Shown piece after piece: positions 38,710 through 51,548 of a stretch of DNA of 64,000 bases. The stretch lies in NCBI RefSeq assembly GCF_011386835.1, contig NC_088804.1, positions 29,884,001 through 29,948,000 of the forward strand, read 5' to 3'. Under the pieces are notes generated by a model that searched no databases, had not been told where the DNA came from, and saw nothing but the letters and a program-made list of their open reading frames with translations. The first letter of the stretch is position 1; the number at the start of each line of letters is the position of its first letter. Source of the DNA: Chrysemys picta bellii (lineage: Eukaryota). Made by a program: the position numbers and the translations under genes.

Positions 38710-38864
38710 CAGTGTTGTCATAACCGTGTTGGTACCAGGATCTTAGAGAGACGAAGTAGGTGAGGTAATGTCTGAGGAAGAGCTCTGTGTAGCGCAAAAG
38801 CTTGCCTCTCTCCCCAACAGAAGGTTGTTCAATAAAAGATATTACCTCATCCACTTCATCTCTC
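38710..38864. mobile_element. Short Penelope-like insertion with inverted arm and decayed hammerhead
   Basis: 14-bp TSD TACTTTGGGATATG (38696-38709, 38865-38878). 26-bp inverted arms 38744-38769 / 38841-38866. CTGAGGA core at 38772-38778 with the GAAA core mutated. Confidence 0.85.
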
Positions 38865-39130
38865 TACTTTGGGATATGTCATTGTTGCAAGGGGGAACAT
38901 CTCTTTTCTATTACTCTTATGGTCGATCATTAATGTAACTACATTTAATATTTTATCAATTGATTTCTGATCATTGTGAGACTAATATGGTCGTATGGAA
39001 ATTGTGTCTTGTCCATATTATTATCTGATATCCCAGAGCACAATGGAATTGGTAATTATTTCAGACACTTACATCATCAAAACACTTTTCCATAGTGAAA
39101 GTAAGGATATTTCTTTTGCATGATACAAAA

Positions 39131-39218
39131 GCCAAGATCCTCAAAAGGTATTTACTCACCTAATTTCCATTGAAATCAATGGTAGTTAGTCATTCAATAC
39201 CTTTTGAGAATGTGGGCC
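39131..39218. mobile_element. Short palindromic Harbinger-like (Chompy-type) MITE relic
   Basis: CTCAAAAGGTATT / AATACCTTTTGAG inverted arms around a central CCATTGAAATCAATGG palindrome. Confidence 0.6.
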
Positions 39219-40911
39219 AAAGTGCTTACAGCTGAAGTAAAGCAAAGGAAGTCTTTAGGGTTGACATTTATTATAGAGGAAGACATTATTTTGTGCTAAT
39301 GGTGTCACTGTTGGCCCACTAAAGAGAGAGTAAAAAGAACAATGCAGTCATTGTAATAAGGTAATTACCAATTCTTTTCCAGTTAGCCATTCTGTAGGAA
39401 TTGCAGAGGCCTGCCTTGGCATGGAGTTCACTATTTTAGCAATTTAGTCCTGTTGAACCTCAGGGTCCAATTTCCATTTTGCAGGCATAATCACAATCCA
39501 TCAGATCACTCTCTTCTGGACTCATTAAAAAATTACTGAGCGGCTGCTCTATAGGCTATTTAAGAAGACATGAGCTATGGAAGGGTGTCGCAAGTACAGC
39601 TGGGAAAATAATAGATTTTTCAGTTCACTGACAAATCAGAAAAATTGGAAAGAAGTTGAGCCATAAACCATTTATATTTATTTATTGGAAATTTAAATAG
39701 CCCCCAACATCTTTGTGCCTAAGTTTGGCATTCTGCCTGCTTGAACTATGGGAAAGGGGAAGAGAATCTACTGCAAACCACTGTGCTTTCTCTGGTGCCT
39801 ACATCGCCTCAAATCTCCCATCTCCACCTAAGCTGGTGTTTGTGTATTAAATGTGTTGTGTATGTGTATGGCACACACACACACTCTCTCTCTCTCCCCC
39901 TCTCCCTCTCTGGAAGCTGCTATTGTATATCTGTATGAAATTTCAAACATTAAATGTTGGGTCTGAGATGGATTTTTCAACTTACTCAGGAGAAATGTTT
40001 TGGCCTGCAAAAACTTGAACCGAAAAGCTGTGCAATATGATTTGGCAAGAAGCTCTGCAAACTTTCATGGAATATTTGCAGTAGCTACACCCCTGTCCTA
40101 CTTGCTAATTCTAAGTAATGGAACCCATAATACTTATTTGTTATTATTAGAAGGAAACTATCCTATGATAGATTGAGAGATTTGTTACTGCCTTCTCATT
40201 CACCCAAAACCTCCAATTAATTTGACCGTCTTCAGTGGACATTTTAGATGCCAAAGAATTTAGTAGAGCTCTCACTTGATATCACTTACTAACATAGATA
40301 TATAATAAATACATATGTGTCAACTGAGAAATAATTTTAAAATCTGACAATGATTGGGATTTTTATAATGTATTGACTATAAAACTTTTGGACAATAATG
40401 TCACAAGTACTGCACATGTGAAACTAAGCTACAGTACTGTTTTGTAATGCAATGTGCTCCTCCTATGACTGCAAGTATGGGATAAAAGGATTTGCTTTTC
40501 ATTATAGGACAAATTAAATTTTAATTGCCTGTTAAAACACAAATGTCAAAAGCAAATCTTCAAGCCAGGGTTGTGATCCTCTCATATAGCATGTTATATC
40601 CCCATTTAAATGTAAATTAATTCTTTTCTTCATTTTAAATATATTTTTCACAGAACATATTAAAGTTTTATTTCAAAACACTATGCTGTGATATATCTGT
40701 ATGGAAAAGTACATTTGACAGCATAGGCAGATCTAGTTTCAGGTTTCATATTAGAAACTTTTCCTCATGTCATCATATCTAATCTCTCTGTATTTACAAT
40801 GTCTGAACCTTATTAGTGAATCAGATTTCTTTAACAAAATAGGTTCTAAAATTGTATCCTGAAATGCACACTAGCCACAGTGCAGAACTAGTGACTAACT
40901 ATCAAAGCTAA

Positions 40912-41829
40912 GGGCTAGATTCACAAAGGAACTTTGGCATTGCAATGCTCAAGGAAGTCACCTGGCAGGAGCCTGGGATCACAGAGAAAGCTGATCTGGG
41001 AGTCACCAGAGAGAGGGACTGGACGATTATAAAAGGGCAGGAGCTGATCTGTTCAGGTCTTTGGCCATTTGCACTGCTTTAAGCAGAGAAATTGCTACAG
41101 GAACCTGATGAGACAGTGCCTACCTATCTGAACTCAAATGGACTCCCAAGGAAGGGTGAGCTAGAATGAAGAGTGTGGCATTTAGAATGTGTTGTTTTCT
41201 ACGTTATCTATATTCTGTGCTTTATTTGTTAAGGAGACAACAGTGTGTTAGACTCCTGTACAAAGTATCTGTGCATTTTATGTTTCACCAACCACATGCC
41301 CCCTTGACCAGGTACACCAGAAGCCTCATATCTTTGGGTGGAGGTCTGGGAAAGGGTGTGTTTCAGCCATGGGGGCAATCAGCACTGGCCTAAGGTCTGG
41401 GAAGGGGATTGCATGATTGCAGTCCTCAAAAAGGGGGGCTGAATAGATGATATGCATCCCAAGAGTGTGTCTATGTCCTAAGACAGTTGCAATGCTTGGC
41501 CTCTGTTTAGACTCTGGAGGCTAAAATGACCTAGGGATTAAGCAGCTAGACCCCTTTACAGAAATCTGGTGAGTAGCTACGCTGGGGGTGCTCAATTTGA
41601 TTTGAGCTTTGATGTGCTCTGACAATGCCTATGGATTCAGGCCCTATTGGGGAGTTAGGCAGAGGAACACCTAGTCTGAAAATCCCACATAGGTGGCTTT
41701 TCATATGTCCACTGACAAAGTGAGGCACCTATGACAATGTAGTACCTACACAGGTTTTATGCACGTCAGTTGTGCCTAAATGTTGGCCCAAAGTAGTTAG
41801 GCACCTACATCCCTTTGTGAACCCAAACC
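40912..41829. mobile_element. TIR element related to 21709-22836, probably with interior insertion or rearrangement
   Basis: TAA|GGGCTAGATTCACAAAGGAAC... left end and ...TAGGCACCTACATCCCTTTGTGAACCCAAACC right end. Confidence 0.5.
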
Positions 41830-43575
41830 AAGATCCAGAGTTGGTGTACATCAGTGGAGCTCCACTGACCTCAATGGAGCTCTGCTGACTTGCACCAGCT
41901 ATGCATCTGTCTCTCAACCTTCCTCCAACACATTTTTGCTCTGGTTCGCTAGCATATTAAAATATATCATGATTAAAAATTAGTATTAGGAGTGTTTACC
42001 CATTAAGTGTAATTTAGCCTATATGATTTATGAATGGAAAATAAAAGGCATTATTTTAAAGTTCATAGGGTTACAGACATGGCCATACTGGTTCAGTTTC
42101 ATTCAATTATCATTCAAATATGGCATGTAATTGTAAAACTTATGGAACTATGAAAGTGGAAATTTATAATGATGCAGTCTTAATTTCATTAATTTAACAC
42201 ATAAAGCAGATATTACACTAAGACAGACGTCAAATTAAAAACTCTCAGACTCTAATTAGCTTTAGAAGTCTCTTATGTCTAATTGATATGGCTGTCATAA
42301 TTAATTTAAATACTGATTTCAACCTGGCCACGATGCATTCACTAGCAGCCTTTAAGGAAACATAAAAATCAGACATGTTTTTGTAACCAAGTTTTGATTT
42401 ACAATAAGGTCTTGGATTGACTTTGATGAACTTTAGATAAAAATCACCTGAAATGTAAAACAGAACTAAAGCACACAACATTAAGACTGCTTAAATGAAG
42501 TTGCCTGTACTGCAAAGCCAATGCAAATGTCAATGCCTTTTGTAACAAATGCAGCAGAGCAACTCATTTATAAACATCCTTACAAGTGATACCATATAGT
42601 TTTGAACATATTTATCTTAGAAAAAGAGTAAAAGTGCAAACTGGGGGCCCAGCTCACCACTAAGTCACTGCAGTTTTGCACCAGTATAACTCCATTGATA
42701 CCAAGGAAGTTATAACAGAAGAATAACAGTGGTGAATCAGGTCCTGGACATTTTCTCTAATTCACTAGCAATTAGGGCTGTCCGAGTCCCTAAAGACCTT
42801 ATCCCAAGTGTCACAGAAGTGATAACCCCTACATATCTGCAGGCAAGAGTTAACCTTAAACTTAAAGTATTGTTTTACAATGTATGGGCTAATTAAGGAG
42901 TAAATCCTTTACACCTTAATTGGGCAAACAGACTTAAACAGTTAACTAGAAAGAAATTGACTTTAGTGTGACTATTTGTATGACTAAGGAAAGAATTGTT
43001 AGAGTCTAAAACAGTTGGAGAAATTGAACAATTAGATTACAGCTGTTCTCCTCACTAGACAAGTAAATTTAGTATATTCCAGGCTATACATATGACCGGC
43101 AAATGTATATCCTTGATTTGATGCCATACCAAACTATATGCATATTATTATGCATATAATAAGATGATAGTGTCCAAAACTACAATCAAGATGGAGACCC
43201 CATTGTGCTGCATACTACGCAAGCAAAACTGAGTCAGAGCTTATGCTTATCTCTTTCTTGAATGCCAGCGTGTGTAAATTATATATGTAAGGCATGTGAG
43301 AAAGGAGAAAGTAAAGGATAATGAGTAGCCATCCTGGGGTATTTATAGGAGAATGAATGGCAATGAAGTGATCAGGCCAGGAAATGAGCCCCAAAAAATG
43401 TGGGATATCAAAGTTATAATGAGTGTCGAGTCAAATTCTGCTCTCTTTACTCACTCTAATGGCTTCATTGACTTCAGTAGGGAAACAAGTGGGAATAAAG
43501 CAAGGCAGCACCTCGCCTATAGTTTGTAAACCGTGGTGGAAAGCATCTGGAATTTTTTCTTTGACTTTTATGTGG

Positions 43576-43668
43576 CCAGATCCTCAGCTGGTGTAAATTG
43601 GAATAGCTCCACTAAATGGGGTAGTGAATGGAGCTACACCAGATGTCACCAACTGATAATCTGGCTCT
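43576..43668. mobile_element. Short palindromic Harbinger-like MITE relic
   Basis: GGCCAGATCCTCAGCTGGTGTAAA...AGCTCCA..TGGAGCT..CACCAACTGATAATCTGGCTC. Confidence 0.55.
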
Positions 43669-43822
43669 TTGCCTGCTTATTAGTATTTTTGTAAATAGGT
43701 GAATAGGAAAGCTGGAGGGAAATAATACAGCAAATATTCACTGCAATAATTTACACTTTCCCAAACTAGTTTCGTGGTTATATTTTCCCCATTGTTCTGG
43801 TGCAATTCACTTCCTGCTTATA

Positions 43823-44007
43823 CATCTCTACCCCGATATAAAGCGACCCAATATAACACGAATTCAGATATTATGCGGTAAAGCAGTGCTCCGGGGGGGC
43901 AGAGCTGTGTGCTCCGGCAAAAAGCAAGTTCGATATAACGCGGTTTCACCTATAATGCTGTAAGATTTTTTGGCTCCCGAGGACAAAGTTATATCAGGGT
44001 AGAGGTG
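43823..44007. mobile_element. Tc1/mariner (Tigger-like) MITE, 185 bp
   Basis: TIRs CATCTCTACCCCGATATAA / TTATATCAGGGTAGAGGTG with TA on both sides (43821-22, 44008-09). Confidence 0.85.
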
Positions 44008-45604
44008 TATTGCATTTACAAATCACACTATTTTCTTGGAAAAATAGATGGTATTTATCTATCTACCTTATATTCTTAACCCTGGAAAACTACAGCCACA
44101 CTTCCATGCCAACTGGAGAGTCCTCATCCAAGAATTGTATGTTCCATGGATACTTCAGACTTCTGTCTCCATACTCTGAATTCATGTCAATCTGATATTT
44201 CTTCATATGAGACTGTTTTTCAGTCTGATTCCTTAGGGCTTTACAGTCACTGATACTCAATATTTTAACAGAATATCCATCTGAAATTATATCCATGGGC
44301 AAATTCTCCTCACATGTGCACCATTGAACTTCACGGCTGCTCTGGTGAAACTGAAAGGAGAATTTGACTCCCTGATTTAGTTTCTCTCAGCTCAGCATAG
44401 TTCTGAGTGAAACAATTCAATCTAATTCTTAGAGGCAATTGAAACCTAAGTACCCTCATCTTTGCTATTAATTTGTTCCAGCTGGTGTGTTTTGTAATCA
44501 GATGAAGTGTTTGATACTTTAGGTTAACAAAGTCTAGGGGTAAGAATCTGGATGCATTTCTGGCCCAAAGGGGCTAAGAATGGAAAATCAAATCTATCTC
44601 TGGCCAGTCCAGCCTTATCACTGTCTCTCTGGAGCATTTACATCTTTGTGGCAAACCACAAAACTTAAGGTTTTTCTTAAATCAGAAATGAAAAAAAAGA
44701 TAGAAAGTAGATGAACTTACATGGGAAGCCATTAAAATCCTCTTTCCATTCTGCTTTGCCCATATGTTACTCCCCCCTAATGTTTCCCTTAGAATTAGAG
44801 ATCACATGCAAATTTACATTTTTAAAGAGTGGTGAATTAGATAATTGTCTGAAAATGAAGAGTTATAAAAAGCCATGGCAACATAATAAGACAGTCATAT
44901 AAGACTAATTATCACTTTTTTGGCTTACAATAGCTGTCATCTTTTCCTGCTGAAAAGCAGAACACTAAACACCAGAAGAAAAGTGGAAAACAATAACAAC
45001 TGCAGAAGCATGTAAAAGAGCTATTTTCTGTCTTGCTAGATGTAATAAAGTGCTTGCATATGAATAGTCATTCATCATGCAAATGAATAGAGTCATTTGT
45101 TAAACTTATATTTCATAGAAATGAAAAGAAGCTTAAAAAGCGTCTCTTCATTAAAATTTAGACAAGATTTTTCTATTTTACATTTTTCCTCAAATTGTCT
45201 GGCCTTTTAAGTTCCACGAGGAAAAAATGTGATTTTTGTTATTGTTTCCTCACTTCTCATCTGGCTCACTTAATTGCCTCTGGGCTGGCTCCTAGCAATA
45301 CATTGGAATAACTCAATTGCCTCCAAAGGAGCTATGCTGATTTACACAAGCTGAGGATCTCACCCTCTGTGCCAAGGCTTGGGGAAGGGCATGGGGAGCC
45401 CTGCTTTTTGGGAATACCTTGAGCGTGCATGCCAAAAATATGCTTTCTGGGAGTAAGAGTCAACAACTTGAATATCCAGGTAAAGTGAAAACCAAAAGCC
45501 TGAAAGTCTAGTTGAAGTGCAGTCATTTATAAGTTATGAGCAAATGCTGGCAATTTGGTGGTGGTGGTGGTGGGGGGTAATATTTACCTAACTTGGCTAT
45601 TTTA

Positions 45605-45875
45605 GGGTACACTGGAGCTGTAGGTGTAATTTCCATCTTGAGCTACTGCACTAAGGGTAGAATAGTAGCCATGATAGCCCGAGCAGACTAGAGTCCATGC
45701 TGGAGTATGTATCTAGTCATTGAAAAGGAATCATATTTGGGGTTGCTAGCTCTTCCCACAGCTTGCACAGCTAGGGCTACACTTCTATTTTTAGTGCACT
45801 AGCGCAATCACAGCTGGTGCAGCTATGTCTAACTGAATTGGAAATTACACCTTTAGCTCCAGTGTAGACATATCT
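45605..45875. mobile_element. PIF/Harbinger-type MITE
   Basis: TACACTGGAGCT / AGCTCCAGTGTA inverted ends, right end GTGTAGACATATCT, TTA on both sides (45602-04, 45876-78). Confidence 0.7.
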
Positions 45876-46063
45876 TTAGTTGAGGTAGAGACTAGAGACG
45901 CTGCAAGAGAGAAAGAATCATAGTGTTTGTTTTGGAAATTTTTTTCCTGTCTGGTTTGTTTATTGTAGCATTAAGTGCCTTTAAATGTCTCACAATCACT
46001 CCATTTAATACTGTTAATGATGTGCAAACCATACAAGGTCTAGCGGTAAGGTTTGGTTGGGAT

Positions 46064-46458
46064 CATAGGCACTGACTCCGTGGGAAAAAAATTGGTGGGT
46101 GCTCAGCACCCACCGGCAGCTCCCCTTGGCCCTGCCCTGCCCCCTTGCTCCAGCTTGCCTCCACGAGCGCGCCGCCACATCCTGCTTCTCCCCCCTCCCT
46201 CCCAGTGCTTGTGCCGCAAAACAGCTGATTCACGGGGCTGGGAGAGGGGGGGTGGGGGAGAACTCTGCAGAAGAGGCGGGGCCAGGGTGGGGATTTGGGG
46301 AAGGGATCCAATAGGGGCAGGGAGGGGGCGGAGTTAGGGACTTTGGGGATAGGGTTGGAATGGGGGAGGGGATGGGGTGGCGTCGGAATGGGGCTAGGGG
46401 CGGGGAAAGGGGCGGGGGGCACAGGCACCCACCGGCGCCGGAAAAGTTGGCACCTATG
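46064..46458. mobile_element. hAT-type MITE, 395 bp, with G-rich interior
   Basis: TIRs CATAGGCACTGACT / AGTTGGCACCTATG with 8-bp TSD GTTGGGAT (46056-46063, 46459-46466). Confidence 0.88.
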
Positions 46459-46947
46459 GTTGGGATAAGCATCCAAAAATTCAGATTCTTATCAAAAGTT
46501 TAATTACCTTTTTAATATAGGAAGGCCCTCTTCTGGCCAACCCTAGCCACTTCTCCTTTCCCTTCCACCTATAGTTTACTTTCACAATAGCCATGGGAAA
46601 CCTTCAGAAACCCAATCCCCCCACCCCATCCCCACAATAACTATGCCACTTCATTCTCATCCATGAACTGGCATATGTTACCACAGTCTGCCAACCCACT
46701 CCCACACCCATCCAAGCCTACAGCACAGGCACTAAACCTCCAATTTAAAGTTTGTGCCCCTTTCTCCCAATCTAATTTGAGCCCCACTGCCCCTGAATCT
46801 TACCTTGTTTCCCATTCTCATACAGCCTGTGAACTCTGCCAACCACTGCAATCTGCACAACTCACTCCAGATACACAAGAATCTTTCTCCTTCCCAAGTC
46901 CAGCTAACCACACTTAAGTAAATAAGCGCAGCTCTCAAGTCGTTGGC

Positions 46948-46971
46948 AAAAAAAAAAAAAAAAAAAAAAAA
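46948..46971 (+). repeat. A24 homopolymer
   Basis: Read directly from the sequence. Confidence 0.9.
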
Positions 46972-47468
46972 GTTGCAGCCCTGAAAAAGCTCCAGCAATA
47001 GATTCACAGATTTTATGTTCTGCAGGGACCAATATGATTACCTGTTATACGGATCATTCTCTCTGCTGATGAGAAACCAGTCTATCAGTCCAAATCTTGT
47101 GTCAATCTGGGATCTCATTTAAATTCTCCTTGCACAACTCTGTGTCCAAAGCCCTGGTATCCTCTGAAATTCTGAGTGAGAAAAAGGGTTGAGCCAGAAG
47201 AGTCCTATGCAATCACTAGTTTTTAGGAGGCCATTTCCTTGTATGAACAGCTGAGAAAGTAAATTGCTCTCCTCTTCTCCCGCTATGCACAGTTTTAAAA
47301 AAAATGTATTAAAACAAACTGTAGGACCAAATTCTCAACTGGTGTAAACTGGTGGAGTTCTGAGTTCAATGAAACTATATTACTTTATGCCAGTTGAGGT
47401 TCTTGTCCATAGTACATCCCTGTTGAGAGCATTTAATTTTCTCAAATATAGTCACATGAAAATAGTAA

Positions 47469-47556
47469 GGCCCAAATCCTCTAAGGTATTTTGATGCCTA
47501 ACTCCCATTGCCTGAAAGGGGAGGTAGATGTCTAAATACCTTTGAGAGTCTGGAGC
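47469..47556. mobile_element. Short palindromic Harbinger-like MITE relic
   Basis: TAA|GGCCCAAATCCTCTAAGGTATTT...CCTAACTCCCATTG...AAATACCTTTGAGAGTCTGG. Confidence 0.55.
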
Positions 47557-48994
47557 TGTGTGTGTGTGTATGTATGTGTGTGTGTGTGTATATATAACCT
47601 GAGAATTGGGAAGGCATCTTCCATTTCCCAGAACTTCTATCCCATGCTATGATGAGCCGAGGCACAGCACAGCAGAGAATCTCAGCCAATGATTCAGCTG
47701 GATGTATATGCTGTGTATGAATTTACTGCTGCTTTTGTGTTTAAGGATGTGCATTATTAACCCTTAGACTACAAACGTTGCATTATGCTACTCTAATGAT
47801 ATTATGGATTACAATAATGTTGTTACAGTATTTTGGATTGTTCTAGAATCTGTAATCATGTGTAAACTAAGCACACAGCTGTGTTAAAAGAATGCATACA
47901 TACAATAATACATATACATATATATAATGAAATAATCCCAGAAGCATTTCTTTGAAGTAAAGGATATATGGTAAAATATAAAGGGCTGAGAATTAAAAAA
48001 AAAATAGAGAATTATGACCCCAGGTAATATTTTTTCCAAACAATATTTTCAGGCTTTCTGCAGCCTAGTCATAATGCATAAGGAAAACTGTAGCTCATAC
48101 TTTTATCACTGACATGACCTCTCTCTTAAGACTATCAACATTTCAGAGTTGGGCAATATTTCAGTCACACACTAAAATACTGTAGGTAACACATATAGAA
48201 ATTCCTTTAGTGTACTCCAGTGTCTTCTTGAAGGCAGTGAAATTGACAGTTTGCATTGGTACAGTTGTCATGATATACATGAGAAGTGTTCTTTGAATGA
48301 TCATTGGGGGTCATGGCATTTGTAATATACAGAAGAGAAGCAAAGAAAAAAATAACCACACAGAGTAACTTTTTTTTTTTTTTAAAAGGACATTTTGCAA
48401 CTCTCTAAAAGTGTTGGAATACAAAAGTTTAAAGTAAGTCGTTAAGGTAATATTGAAAATGCAAGTCAGCAATGCTCAGAGTTAGAGAACTACGAGTGAA
48501 TATATGAATATATTATACCCTTAACCTAGATGCTGCTGTGCATATTAGAGACATACTTTTGAATTTAGATAAAAAATCTTATCAATTTAAATAAACAGAT
48601 ATACATATTTTAATATTCAAGCACACTTTTTTCCTATATGCTAGAAAGAGGTTAAAAAAATGGCCTGCAATCAGAAGGTCCCCTCACATTTGTAGTGATG
48701 TGGATAGGGGATGGAGTCTGGTCCTCCAGAGCAGAATCCACCACTGCAGTTTTAGTTCCAGGTCAGACCCAAAACTTGATGTGAAAGGAAGCTCCTTTAT
48801 GGTGTAGGATGGGATGCAACCCAGATGTCATGAGAAAAGCCATTCTCACAGGATTTTAATCCAATTTAGTAGATAGCACATGAAAAGAGCTGTACTTGTA
48901 ACTGACCTGGTCATTAAATGCAATTTAGGTTTGTGTTTTCAGAAAGTAAGTTATACCAAGTGTTTTATGTGTGTGATGTCCCATGATATACATA

Positions 48995-49040
<46 letters not shown>
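48995..49040. repeat. Compound (TG)n(AG)n microsatellite
   Basis: Read directly from the sequence. Confidence 0.9.
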
Positions 49041-49044
<4 letters not shown>

Positions 49045-49203
49045 AAAATATTGGTAATGGGCTTTCCTCATTAGACAGTAATTCTCCTTTGGCCTAAGAC
49101 AATGGGCTTTGGTAGATGACCCATGTCACTAAAGTACCAGTTCAGGTTTCTGACCAGAACTTACTTTAGTATTGCTAAAATCCTGTAAACTGATCCTGTA
49201 AAC

Positions 49204-49227
49204 CCCTCACCCTGACCCTAACCCTAA
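49204..49227 (-). repeat. Short interstitial telomere-like repeat
   Basis: CCCTCA CCCTGA CCCTAA CCCTAA on +, i.e. TTAGGG x2 plus variants TCAGGG and TGAGGG on the minus strand. Confidence 0.6.
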
Positions 49228-50713
49228 CTGAGCCCTACTGTAAATCATCAGCAATTTAGTTATCCAAACCGCTGATTTCTTTAGTTTCTCATTGCACTCC
49301 ATTAATGACATCAAGATCCCATTTAAAGCAGTGCTCAACCAATGGAAATAATTTCACATTGCCCCAGGTTGAAGCATCAGATGAAAGTGTAAATTGCACT
49401 CCGAGCTGCAAGTAGCAATACAAGAGAAAATGGTCTGGTGCACATTTTCTAAAACTCCTTTAGATTTTGGGCTTTCACCGAGAAGCTCCTGAGTTCCCAG
49501 CCTCGCTCTACAGTCCAATGCACAGCGTGACATGTTGAGCTGCACTGCATGGAATGCTTTATTTTAGCAGTTTCTGTGGCAGTCGCCTTTAGCTGTGTAC
49601 ATGCTCTGTAATGCTGCTGTTCTTGTCCATTTTGTCAAAAGCTGGATATGTCTAGCTTGCTGTAGAGCTGTCTTCTGTCATTCACTAGTCTCATGTCTTG
49701 TCAAGTCTTTTCACTCACCATCAGACACCGGGATTTCCACTCTATGTTTCCTATAGAAACCTCTCTGAATATTGTTGCAGTTCTCCATCCAAACTCCCTG
49801 CCACTTAAAGAATTATAGTATTTTCGAGAAAATAATAACTCTGCAGATTGTTGGTGATTTGAGAGGTTGCAATCTTCTCTCTGAGTCATTATTCAAACTA
49901 TATCCCACCAGGATGCTAGGGGATATTTTGCAACTGTATGTGCTGTCTTTAGACTAATACTGATTTGGAAAAAAAAATCAAAGCAAACCATTTCAGACAA
50001 AAATTGCTTTCTTTCCGTTCACGAATTATCTGCAAACAGGTAAAAAGAACTGGATTTCATTGATCATTCAAAATTATTTGTTGAGATCATTCTTGAACGG
50101 CTCATTTTGAGCAGTCAGTATTCAAGGTTAGAGCTGCAGTGGGTAGCTTGAATTGGAGACACTGTTGTTGTTGTTTCTGGTCCTTGAATGATTATTTTTA
50201 ATACTTAGACTCAGACTTCTGGTGAAAATACCTGTGTTCAAAATAATCTTCAATATTCACGTAAATTTCACTGTTCTGGTGAATTTTCCTTCCAGTGAAT
50301 TTGTTTCTAGAATATGGGCAAAAAAGGAATTAAAAATTGATGTAATTTGCTAATAAATGTGAAATAAATACATTTTTTTAAAATATTGAAGCATGACAAA
50401 CATACACAATGTTAATGATGCAATTTCCTTTCCTTCTAAAAATCACATTGTCCCTAGAAGCAATTGTCCCATTGTTGAATGTTGTCTCTCTCAGCTACAT
50501 CATACCACACATCATGACCTACTACCATTATTTTTTGCAATGTCTGTCTTACAGACATTGAAAATTGTTCTGGGCAGGAATTCTGTGTTCTGAAATTTCA
50601 TTTTGCACCCCAGTAGCGCTATATAAAGGACAATTAATGTTATAAAATTAAATGCATACTATGTACTGTTTTCATTGATATTCCCCATGGTAGCCTGAGA
50701 GACATTAGCACTT

Positions 50714-51548
50714 AGTAATAGGATGGGCACTCACCCCGGGAGTGCCCCCTTGTGTCAGTGTTGGCATTGCCCTATATACCCCCTGGCAGCTGCCCGATGG
50801 CAAGTGGTGGGTGTATCCCTGCCTCAGTTTCCCTTTATGAGCTGTCAGTAAGCTCAGTGAGTATAGTTTAGCGAATTGTGCCTTTAGTGGTGTCTAGTGT
50901 ATTTAATCAGAGGTGAGAGAGACATGCAAGTACGTTTTTGGCCCTGGTGTCCTAGCTGAGGGCACAAGTTAATATTAGTCTGTTTTCCTTACCTGAGTCC
51001 ATCTGTTTCCTCTGGCCACACACTTCACTAGTAAGGCCCTCTTAACCAGGACCCTCTTTGGGAGTCAGGCTTACTGCCATCATCTGGGGAAGGGTTCCTT
51101 CTCTGGACTCAGGGCTCCTGCAGAAGAAAAACTGCAGCAGCTCTTCTCTGAAGCAGTGTGGAATTCCCCAGCAACCTAGACCTCTTCCTATGTCTGATAA
51201 AATCCTTTTGCTGGGACCAGGCCTTCCTCAGTCTTTGCCATGTCCAGCCCTCTCAGAACCAGCTGCCTGCAGGAGCATCTTTCCCAGGTACCTTTTTCTG
51301 GTGAACTCTCTAACCCACTCCCCGGAGAGGTACCATGCCTTAGACTTTCTGTAGGGTTCTGGGGCATCCTGCCTGACCACTCTAACACCTTTATGAGGCC
51401 TACGTGTCCCCTAGCTAATTAACTGTTGCCTAACCACCTAGGTAATTAACTACTGATGGGTGGATCTAGGTTGGTTTATTTTCCTTAGCAGAGCCTGTCA
51501 CAGGTAGGCTGGTACTGGACTCCCACGAAAGAGCCAGCCCCAGTGACA
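50714..51548. mobile_element. Solo LTR, about 835 bp
   Basis: Right end GTGACA and left end AGTAAT (TG possibly mutated). Flanked by direct repeat CACTT (50709-50713, 51549-51553), extendable to CACTTA. GC-richer interior than flanks. Confidence 0.65.

Noticed and set aside
46053-46476. Several overlapping Pro- or Gly-rich ORFs
   Set aside because: Low-complexity G/C runs inside a MITE lack stop codons by composition.
47066-47076. CTGATGA directly followed by GAAA (hammerhead cores)
   Set aside because: No stem II between the cores and no convincing stems I or III. A CTGATGA at 41105 likewise lacks a paired GAAA.
49719-49750. 32-nt minus-strand micro-exon candidate with a strong GTGAGT donor (a similar donor lies at 310-315)
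   Set aside because: Splice-like motifs are common by chance, the peptides are unrecognisable and no consistent multi-exon frame could be built.
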